NCBI RefSeq assembly: GCF_006345805.1
Contig: NC_043003.1
Location: 15,314,001 to 15,378,000, forward strand
Origin: Octopus sinensis
Taxonomy: Eukaryota
Direction of reading: 5' to 3'
Length of the DNA: 64,000 nt
The position numbers and the translations under genes are program-made. The notes beneath the pieces were generated by a model that saw only the letters and a program-made list of their open reading frames with translations, had not been told where the DNA came from and searched no databases. Of this stretch, positions 51,243 through 64,000 are shown one piece after another (positions within the stretch are counted from its first letter, which is position 1; each line of letters starts with the position of its first letter).

Positions 51243-51665
51243 GTAGTAGTAGTAGTAGTATTGTTGTCGTTTTTGTTGTTGTTGTTGTTGTTGTTGTTGT
51301 TATTATTTAAAGAGAATATCATCCATTATGGAACGTAAAAATCCTGACAGCTTTCCGAACAAGCAGTAAATCAATACCAACTCTAAAAACAATCCAAGTG
51401 GAAATCCTGTAGGTATATTACGAAAGAAGTATGGCTGACTCTGAGGCGTGAAAAGAATGACAATAACACCAGAGGCCCACCCACACACCCACGCGCTTGC
51501 GTAATCTGTGCGTTCGTAAATACACACGCCGACCGCACAAACATATACGCACATACGCACGTACAGGCATATCTACAAACCTATATGTGTATAAATGCGT
51601 GCACACACATGTGTGCATGTATACATATAGAGATATATACATAAACGATTACATATATATATGTG

Positions 51666-51707
<42 letters not shown>

Positions 51708-51814
51708 TGTACATATATGCATATATATACATATTTATATATAAACATGTATATGTATGCATATATATCTTATATCTATATCTATCTATTTATCTATCTC
51801 TCGATCTATCTATC

Positions 51815-51896
<82 letters not shown>

Positions 51897-52180
51897 TGTA
51901 TATATATGTATATATATATATATATATACATATATATATACACACATACCTGTACAGACAGTCACATATTTAGCAGCATTTGAGTGAATGTGTCCGTGTA
52001 CATGCGCGCGCCCGTGTATGTGCGTATGTATGTATGTGTGTGTGTGTGTGTGTGTGTGCGCGTGTGTGTGTGTTATCTTCTTCAAAATATGTCGAAATTT
52101 TCCTACGCTATGCTTTATTCGTTTGCAATGTAAGCGATAATTTTATCAAATATGCACTGCTATATATATGTGTGTGTATA

Positions 52181-52236
<56 letters not shown>

Positions 52237-52240
<4 letters not shown>

Positions 52241-52655
52241 TGCATGATGTGGAAAATATTCCATCAGCATTGTCCAAATGATGTTGGCATCACCTTTAAG
52301 GTATATCCAAGGCTTGGGCCCCGTGCCATCCGCCCAAAACAAAAATCGCACTCTCATCTCATAACAACAATACGGCACAATTATTTCAGCTCAATTGGCC
52401 ACGCTCTCTTTAACATTACACCAAAACACATTAAAACAGAAACAGACCCTATAGGGTTCAAGAAGTCTTTGGGCAGATTCCTTCAAGCAATCCCGGATAA
52501 ACCCCCTACACCCGGATATGTCTCTGTAAACAATAACTCTCTACTTGAGTGGGCCATAGTGCCCAAATTCTGACTTGAAAGACTTCACCAGGTGGTGCTA
52601 TTAAGTTAGACATGGCCTGAGCCAATAATGGCCGAAACCTATCAAAGTATCAAAG
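52237..52655 (+). mobile_element. Second CR1-like family, 3' end only
   Basis: MWKIFHQHCPND...PRLGPRA...IPDKP...NSLLEW; tail tatcaaag x2; (TA)n on both sides. Confidence 0.85.
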
Positions 52656-52699
52656 TGTATATATATATATATATATATAAAATTAATCAGAACAAGAAA

Positions 52700-52895
52700 G
52701 CACAAAAAAAATACAACAACGCGAGGACGTGGAACAAATATAGTATTATTGAACGCTCAGGAAAGAAGGGAAGACGGAGGGCTTAACGTTTCGAGCGGAG
52801 CTCTTCGTCGGAAACATAGGAGAAGGAAAGATCCAGAGAAGGGAAGACAGAGGAAAAAAATCGCCAACGGTACACACGAGGTTACATTTTGAAAG
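52700..52895 (-). mobile_element. Penelope-like pLTR-type short repeat
   Basis: Homologous to 12325-12500; hammerhead-like motif at 52781-52817. Confidence 0.55.
52781..52817 (-). ncRNA. Minimal hammerhead-like motif with U4C core variant
   Basis: GUUU-CCGACGA-A-GAGC ucc GCUC-GAAA-CG-U-U-AAGC. Confidence 0.4.
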
Positions 52896-52907
52896 ACCGG
52901 AAGGAGA

Positions 52908-52965
<58 letters not shown>

Positions 52966-53398
52966 TTGTGTGTGTATATGCACACACATATATAATTCTA
53001 TAAGCGTATGTGTGTCCCATGAATGATGTTACGCAAGCCCATATTTAAGATTCATAACTAAAGGCCTTTAAAACCCAGGTATGTTTGGCATGTTGTACAG
53101 ATTAGTAGAATGAGAGATGTGAAAAACACTCACACATATATATTCACACACACCCATACACACACACACGCATGCGTGCACGCACGTATATTCGTTTCAA
53201 CAGTTTGGCATAAATATGCATTATTAAAAGTTGCACAAATATAAAAAGATATACGAAGTTTGGATGACGTATTATCTCATCTGGACGATAAGACCGGAGC
53301 TCTGAGGATGCGAAACTTTTAGAAACGTACGTCTTAGTTAATCTGTTCTCATTAATGTTTAACGATTTATGTGTACTCTCTCCTGGTTTGTGCGTGCG

Positions 53399-53473
<75 letters not shown>

Positions 53474-53490
53474 ATCTATCTATTTATCCA

Positions 53491-53569
<79 letters not shown>

Positions 53570-53799
53570 TTCTTTACTACTCACAAGGGGCTAAACACAG
53601 AGAAGACAAACAAGGACAGACAAACGGATTAAGTCGATTATATCGACCCCAGTGCGTAACTGGTACTTAATTTATCGACCCCGAAAAGATGAAAGGCAAA
53701 GTCGATCTCGGCGGAATTTGAACTCAGAAAGTAACGGCAGACGAAATACCGCTAAGCATTTCGCCCGGCGTGCAAACGTTTCTGCCAGCTCGCCGCTTT

Positions 53800-53887
<88 letters not shown>

Positions 53888-53930
53888 CCTACCTATCTAT
53901 CTATCTACCTACCTACCTATCTATCTATCT
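53399..53930. repeat. (TATC)n array interrupted by a SINE-B1
   Basis: Direct reading. Confidence 0.95.
53566..53798 (-). mobile_element. SINE-B1, full length
   Basis: Complete; tail runs into (GATA)n on its sense strand. Confidence 0.92.
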
Positions 53931-53932
53931 AT

Positions 53933-56567
<2,635 letters not shown>

Positions 56568-56883
56568 GATTGCGTTTGTGTGTGTGTGAGTGTATGTGTG
56601 CGTGTGTGTGTGGGTGTTATACAGAGTGCAAACATTTTCTAATACAGATCTCCAGAGCGGTTTGTTTATTATGTAAAGAAATGTGGCAGTTTAGTCGGGT
56701 GTCAACAGAACGCTTCGAGATCTCAGGTGAATGACTCTTCACAATATAATTTATACACGCTTTACTAACTTATATACATACAGATAAACAGAATAGGAAA
56801 GCTGGGTCAATGTTCTGTTTCACTATGTATGTATGTATGTATGTATGTATGTATGTATGTATGTATGTATGTATGTATGCATA

Positions 56884-56919
<36 letters not shown>

Positions 56920-57035
56920 CTGGTGTCCGCTGAATTTTCCTCTAGAGAACATTCTTTTCTTTGTAGTTTGATCGTAGGCGATCTATTTCTAGCATACGGC
57001 CGACTACCTAGTAGTCTTGCCCTTTGAATATACAC

Positions 57036-57079
<44 letters not shown>

Positions 57080-57088
57080 GCAGTCACA

Positions 57089-58215
57089 CACAAGGTGCGG
57101 TGAATAAATTGTCACCTATATTACGCAAAAATGAAAATAACACCAACATCTTATTTTAACAGATATATTTACCAAAATTACATAAAAACATCTTGAAGTA
57201 CCGAAGAGTAAATTTATTGAACAAAATCGCTATTGGCTTCAACCACGGTTCCCAGACGATTTCGGAATCTCCTCTAAATCTTCTGGACGGTCTCGTTTAA
57301 GTTGGTGAATGCTGCCATAATCATTGCCTTCTTTGGTGTTTCAAGGAGTTTTGTTTGTCACTCGCTCAACTGCGCCCCGCACATAATAATCAAAGGGGTT
57401 GCAGTCTGGAGAGTTAGGTGGCCATATGTTAGTGGTGATGTGGTCGCAGAAATTGTCTGACAGCCATGACTGGGTTCTCCGGCTTGTGTGGCATGGTGCA
57501 GAGTCCTGTTGCCAGACACAGGGTGTTCCAGCAGCCACCATCTTCATCTAGGGCAGTACTGCCTCCTCCAGGTACTTGATGTAAGCCTTCGTGTTGAGTC
57601 TGAAGCCGTGTGGGAAGATGAACGGAGGCATAACGTCGTCATCACTCCAAACAACATGATGTTGACTGGATGTTTGATTTTTATCCCTCTTGGTACATGT
57701 TTTGGGGACACGGCAAGCCAACGGTTGTTCTATGTGATGAAAGGCGGCGAGCTGGCCGAAAGGTTAGCACGCCGGGCGAAGTGCTTCGCGGTATTTCGCC
57801 CGTCGCTACGTTCTGAGTTCAAATTCCGCCGAGGTCGACTTTGCCTTTCATCCTTTCGGGGTCGATAAATTAAGCACCAATTACGCACTGGGGTCGATAT
57901 AATCGACTTAATCCGTTTGTCCTCTCTATGTTTAGCCCCTTGTGGGTAGTAAAGAAATAGGTTGTTCTATGTGATGACCATCTGATCCTGGTAGAAATTT
58001 TTCTAGTCTAAGAAAAACCTAGGCATGTTCGGTTGCAGGGGGATGCTTGAGTTTGTTCATAAACTTCATAGCGCGGTCTTTCCTCTTGTATTAAGTGGCT
58101 TGGGTAAAAAATCGGCCCTTTTTTCATCTTGTGTGAGGAATATGAATGTCTTCGTGCACTACTTACCTGATAAGAAAGTAAGATATTCTTATGTCTCTGG
58201 CGATGGACCTGATTG
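57089..58215 (-). mobile_element. IS630-Tc1-mariner relic with DD37D (maT-type) spacing
   Basis: WQQDSAPCHTS...WPPNSPDCNPFDY with 37 residues between the two Asp; TIR-like caaggtgcggtgaataaattgtc at ~57091; split by a SINE-B1. Confidence 0.8.
57741..57960 (+). mobile_element. SINE-B1 (220 bp) with a perfect 17-bp TSD
   Basis: gttgttctatgtgatga at 57724-57740 and 57961-57977. Confidence 0.96.
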
Positions 58216-58895
58216 TGTGTGTGTGTGTGTGTGTTGGTGCGTGTGTTGGTGCGTGTGTGTGTGTGTGTGTGTGTTTTAGCGAAATGGTTCGTTTATGGAA
58301 CGGTGAAACTCGAAACAATCAAAGTCATAAAAAATCACATGATTTGTGACAGAACACCATATAGTATATAATAGTCCAATCTTTACGACTACAACCTGTA
58401 TTATATATTTTACCTAACATTAGGTCATTGCCTGTCGTTACGCACCCGTTAAAATATTTGTTAATCATGCATGAACGTACCTTCATAAATTGTTCAAAAT
58501 GGAAGTCTCTTTTTTAAGCCTGTATTGCGTTGTCTATATGTCGAAAGAGATAGAAACACACACTCACACTTCTCTCTCTATTTATGTGTGTGAGTATTTC
58601 TCTTTATGTGCAAGAGGAGAAAGAATGTGTTCATATTTATCGTGTTCTGTTAATAAATTGTTATATCTCTCCCTTTTCCCCTTTTCTCTCTTTCTATCTC
58701 TATGAGTATATTTCTACGCTCGCATGTGTTTGCCTCTAGTGCCAAAAAGTACTGTCGCCAAAACAGGCCGAATGTCCGGTTAGACGTGCCAAATCATGTG
58801 TGTTTAAACAGCTGCACTAAATTGTCTAAATCCGACGAAAACTCACGTCTTTCACAGGCTTTCTGCCCACGTTAAAAAAAGAAGCTTAGCGCATG

Positions 58896-59128
58896 AGGGC
58901 GACGAGCTGGCAGAATCGTTAGCACGCGGGGCAAAATGCTTAGCGGTATTTCGTCTGCCGCTACGTTCTGAGTTCAAATTCCGCCGAGGTTGACTTTACT
59001 TTTCATCCTTTCGGGGTCGATTAAATAAGTAACATTTACGCACTAGGGTCGATATAATCGACTTAATCCCTTTCTCTGTCCTTGTTTGTCTCCTCTATGT
59101 TTATCCCTCTGTGGGCAATAAAGAAATA
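58896..59128 (+). mobile_element. SINE-B1, full length
   Basis: Tail ...gtgggcaataaagaaataaata. Confidence 0.9.
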
Positions 59129-59726
59129 AATACAGAGTCGTTTGTCATTTGAGGCTCTTCCTTGTTTTCCACACATTGCTTGTCTATTGTAGGTGGACCT
59201 GTACTGGTCATCGTTGGTGCTCCTGGTCAAAAATTGTTCCTAGTCTATAGTAGATTTATCAAATAATTGCAGACACCTTGGAATTAGCCAACCAAGTGTT
59301 AGATAAATTCTTCCCGAGTCTTTCTCCATCACACAATCACCATAAACGATTCGACTCACCCTAAAATTTATCTAGAAACCTTTGACGGTTTTTCAATATA
59401 AAGTTGCCTTGTAAATAAGTTAGAAATCGATATAAAAAGCAATATTTTTCTGCCACAAGTCTCCTGACATTTCGTCAATCAATTTGTCCTTGCACTGGCT
59501 GTATTTCGAGTATAAATAATAACAGTGAATAGTTTGTTTCGTATATTTTTTACTTTGGCTGTGTTTGGATCGTTTTTTATGATTATATAGAAATTAATGT
59601 TGTGGTGACTTCATCATATTCATGATATATTTCGTGCTTTAGAAAAAAAAAAGTGTCATAGACTTATTTAAATAACCGTATATACTGTAAGGTCGTGGTA
59701 ACTCGTTCATAGAAATATTATAGCAA

Positions 59727-59791
<65 letters not shown>

Positions 59792-59846
59792 CTATCTATC
59801 TATCTGTTGTCTGTATGTCTGTCTGTCTGTCTGTCTGGCTTTGTCG

Positions 59847-59888
<42 letters not shown>

Positions 59889-59982
59889 ATCTATCTATCC
59901 CTGTCTATCTATCTGTCTATTCTATATGTCTATATGTCTATCTATTATCTATCTCTATCTATTATCTATCATCTATCTATCA

Positions 59983-60033
<51 letters not shown>

Positions 60034-60078
60034 ATCTACTATCTATCTATCTTCTATCTATCTATCTATCTATCTATC

Positions 60079-60134
<56 letters not shown>
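59727..60134. repeat. (TATC)n/(TGTC)n array
   Basis: Direct reading. Confidence 0.95.
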
Positions 60135-60354
60135 CTGGACAGACAGACGCAAGTCAGATGGGCTCCACGTAAGTTGGTATTTTTGTACGTTCAAAAGTGT
60201 ATATTGACAAATATTTTGTGTTTAAAAGTTGTGCAACAACATCCACTGCAAACCTTGATAAATATCTACACAAAATTTTGCCCCTTGTGGGCAAAATTTA
60301 AAAGAAAAAATTCTCATAGCCTTCGTGGTTTCATTTAGCCATTTTATTTCCAAA

Positions 60355-62460
60355 ATGGCCACTGGTCACCACGAGGCTGAGGTGCAAGTCAAGCGTGACG
60401 CAGAGACAGAAAAACAGGATGCTCTGTTAGCATACGCTGAACCTGACAACACCACCTCCACCACCATCAACATCGACAACAGCAACAAATACAAAACAAA
60501 GGTCGCAAGGCCAAGCACCGTCAACACCATCAGTGAGTCCACCACCACCAACACCGACAACAACACCATGGCAGAATCTGCTACTAAAACTGCTATCCCT
60601 ACTAAAGACATCGCCACCAATAACAATACCAACATCACCATCACCGCCACCAAAGACCGTGCCGTCAATGCTACTAATACTACTAACACCACCGCCGTCA
60701 CCAAGAACGACAATAACAACAACAACAACAACGACGACGACAACAACAATTCCCTTCAACCACTGCTCACTCCATCACCAACAAGTGAAAAAATAACGAC
60801 GACAAGCAAACGAAATGTCGAAATTTGCGCTAATGCAGGACTAAATTACACAGGCAATTTTCCACCCCTTGCTAGTTGCATAATCAGCAACCACAAACCT
60901 ACAACCCACACCCCTGCCATCAACACCAACACCACCGGCAGTACAGTAATAACAACAATAACAAAACAACAAAAACTTCGCCGAGGCGATAAAAGAAAAG
61001 GTAACAAAAGTTTCGTTTACTACACAACAGATTAAAGATTGCAGAAACCTTATTACAAATGAAAACGGAAAAATACTCTTACACATACCTCAACACATAC
61101 TGAATGAGGAGAAAAAAAAGACAATTGTATATAAAATCACAAATAAAAAAACTAAAAGTCCAGAAAAGGCAAGCACAGACAAAGTCGAAAAGTGCTTACG
61201 CCCCATCTGGGGATACAGGATTGTGTGACTTGGGCGAACAAGTTCGCACACGTACAGGTGGTTTTTCAGAGTGAAGAGTTGGCGAAGAAATTCTCAACGA
61301 TAACCCTTCATTCTGATGAACTAACGTTGACACCGAGTTACCTCGGCCAGAAGGTGACGAAAGTCATTATCAGTGGTGTCCCCCAAGTGACTACAACACT
61401 GTGGATAACATCCGCCTTAACATCCGAAATGGAGGACTTAAACATCCTAGATATCGGTGTTTCGGAAAACAAGGACTGGCTGGGAAAGAGAATAGAGTTC
61501 CTCTTCCACATAAGTCAAGAGGACATAAATAAAATCCCCACCCACGTACATCTTGCGGATGGCCGCAAGTTATACGTAGTAGTCGAGGGCAGAAGGCCAC
61601 GATGCTATACATGTGGAAGTGAGGCACACCTCAAAAAGGAGTGCAAATCTGCCGCAAAATTACAACAACAACAGCCACAGGAAAAGTCACAAAAGCCAGG
61701 ATTATTGCCCACACCACAATATGGACAGCTAGTCAAGAAGCTGTATGCGGAAATGCAGGAAAAACAACAAAGAACAAGCCAACCCAACCAAACAACACCA
61801 ACACCAGCGCCAAGAACAGAATCATCACACCAACAACAATAAACCAATTCCAACACCAAGAATAACAACGAAGAAGACAAGCACCAAGGATGTAGGAGAG
61901 ACAATAACCACAACAAACCCCCCAGCAACACCCTTCCCGCGCACCACAACAATATCTACAACCGCACAAACACACCCAGACGCTTTACCCTTGCCCCCTG
62001 CTGATTCGTCAGACTTTTCATCTAACGATGAAAGTTCGACAGAATGGCAAATAGCCACAGGGGGTAAAAGAAAAAGATCAAGAAAAACCAAACAGAAATC
62101 GCAACCAAAGCAGGGAGATACCTGAACCCTGAAAACTCCATACACAACAAAACAAGCACCAACACCACAAAAACAATGCTATCAGCGATAGACACAAAAG
62201 ACTCCAAACTAATGGAGTACATCACAGGATACACAAACATTTGTGAAGATGACTTTAAAAATAGCAATCATCCACGCACTACACCACCCAAACACATCAA
62301 AATACTACACATCACACAAACACAACACCACAAACTCAAAGCCCTCTTCCCAAATGCTGTAGGGGGTTTCCAGAAATATCTGTCCAAAAAACTATATAAA
62401 AACCTCCTCGAAGACACATCAAAGAACGAGGAAGCCAAAACTTTCGACACAAGTAAGTAA
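60355..62460 (+). pseudogene. Tx1-like ORF1 (gag-like, CX2CX4HX4C knuckle CYTCGSEAHLKKEC), interrupted by indels/stops
   Basis: ORF pieces 60325-61035, 61192-61842, 61745-62125, 62176-62460. Confidence 0.75.
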
Positions 62461-62489
62461 CTCTCTGTACTTTCATTTGTGTGTTTTAA

Positions 62490-64000
62490 AGCACACACCC
62501 CAATAGAATCATAGTCAAGATTGGTTGTGTGAATGCGCGTGGCTTGGGGTCTCCTTGGAAACAAGGATACCTCCTAAATGACATCAAGTCACAAGATCTG
62601 GGAATCATAGCCATAAGTGAGACCAGACTCCACGAGCCACGGGCCCTAAAGTCCATGTTTGGCGGACAGTTTAACATTTATTTCGCTTCCTGTCTGCCGA
62701 GGATGGGCGGTAGTGGCACCGCGGTACTTTTTCACAAGAGCCTGGATCTCGAAGTCAAGACGATATTCGTAGACCCGGAGGGTAGACTGATCGTTCTGGA
62801 TGTTGACGGCAGCAATGGGTGCGCTTTTCGACTCGTATCAGTCTACGCACCGCCCTTAACAGGTCGGGCGGATTTCTTTCGACGTCTAGAAGTATTCTTG
62901 GGAACGTCTCGTCCTTTACTCTTAGTGGGGGATTGGAATGCTACCTTGGACACGCATGTAGACTACGTGGGTAGAGACAGAAACAGAAGGGGATGCAAAT
63001 GCCTCAGAGACCTGCTCAGACGATTCCAACTGTCTGACAGGTACCGACTCGACCACCCAAATGCACCAACGTGGACATGGAGCAACCGCAGTGGGTCGTC
63101 GAGATCGTATCTAGATAGGATACTGTGTAGGACAGTAGACAAGGATAACTTAGGATGTCCACAATTCCACACAGTCAGCTACACGGATCACAAATTGGTG
63201 ACGTGTACGCTAGACTTAGATAAGGCACATAGACAGGGTCCTGGGTACCGGAAACTGAACGCCTCATTCCCGTCCAGACAAGTTTTCAGAGACCGGATTA
63301 GCACACTAGTAAAGAGGGCTTTGACGGGAGCCATCATCAACAACAAATGGTGGTTTGCCCTCAAGAGAGCAGTAAAAGCAGAAGCGATTAGGTACAGCAA
63401 AGCACTAGCCATAGATAGAAATAGAGTAGAGGGTGAGCTAGTTAAGAAGCTAGAAGAGGCAATTAGAAGCGGCATCGCATCCGACGTTTTGGCGGCGAGG
63501 TTGGCCCTCGACCAACACTTCAACGCCAAACACGAAGGATGTGCTGTCAGAGCTAGGATGCGTGCTCTAAGGAACGAAGGTGTTGGAGCCGCGAGAGAGG
63601 CCCGGGTGGCAGAGGCGCAACAGGGCAACAAAGCCACCATTCGGTCACTGGTAGATGAACAGGGGCGCGAATTGCTCGAGCCAAGTAAAATGTGTGAGGC
63701 CTTTCAGCAGCATTTTGCCCGACTGTTCGGGACGAGTGGAGGGCAAGAACGTAGGGTGGACTTCAGTGCCTACCTACATAGCCTGCCACGACTCTCGACA
63801 AGAAAGGCAGGGTGCTGCGAAGGTGCCATCACGGCGGCGGAAGTGCAGGAAGCGATAGCAGAATGCTCGAGGGACAAATCACCGGGTTTGGATGGTCTGC
63901 CCTACGAGTTTTACAATTGTATGCCAGACTTGTTTGGAGACGTCTTGGCAGCGGTATACTGCAACTGGCAGCAAAACGGGAGCACACCCGGTTTTGTGAG
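62490..64000 (+). CDS. Tx1-like ORF2 (APE endonuclease plus RT N-terminus); open to the window edge, no in-frame ATG at its start
   Basis: Manual translation, stop-free: KIGCVNARGL, ISETRL, SVYAP, LVGDWNA, SYLDRI, YTDHKLV ... DKSPGLDGLPYEFY. Missing from the ORF track, probably because it has no stop in the window. Confidence 0.88.

Larger units (their letters stand above)
60137..64000 (+). mobile_element. Tx1/L1-clade LINE with 5' UTR, ORF1 and ORF2, running off the window
   Basis: Begins right after (TATC)n; ORF1 has a CCHC knuckle; ORF2 has an APE endonuclease and the start of RT. Confidence 0.93.

Noticed and set aside
52610-52640. CR1 tail CUGA-hairpin-GAAAC as a hammerhead
   Set aside because: Lacks N7-G8-A9, and the sister copy reads CUGG; treated as an RT-recognition stem-loop
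59150-59520. Possible Tc1 transposase N-terminal relic on the minus strand
   Set aside because: Too degraded to support by eye; no TIR or catalytic motif seen
60325-61035. Thr/Asn-rich 236-aa ORF as a host mucin-like gene
   Set aside because: Collinear with the zinc-knuckle ORF1 pieces and the APE-RT ORF2; it is the low-complexity N-terminus of Tx1 ORF1

Overview
AT-rich eukaryotic DNA made almost entirely of repeats. I find no host protein-coding exon, tRNA, rRNA or CRISPR array. The SINE families and microsatellite density best fit an octopod cephalopod (Octopus), an inference from recalled repeat families rather than a search. Contents: (1) long microsatellites ((TA)n, (CATA)n, (AAT)n, (TATC)n) and a 1.4-kb polypyrimidine tract; (2) four tRNA-headed SINE families, given my own working labels A-D; (3) several R4/Dong-clade LINE families (RT plus restriction-like endonuclease, RLE), including one near-full-length copy, inserted in (AAT)n; (4) six copies of a ~550-bp non-coding retroposon ('element E') that shares the (AAT)n target; (5) two Tx1/L1-clade LINEs inside (TATC)n arrays, whose 3' end is homologous to the SINE-B1 tail; (6) two CR1-like LINEs inside (TA)n; (7) a Penelope-like element plus short pLTR-like fragments with minimal hammerhead motifs; (8) a non-autonomous Helitron, an internally deleted mariner, a DD37D (maT) relic and MITE-like foldbacks; (9) an unexplained 1.8-kb satellite of palindromic ~50-bp subunits. 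The main theme is a community of microsatellite-targeting retroelements and their non-autonomous partners. All alignments and folds were done by eye, so coordinates of degenerate elements are approximate.
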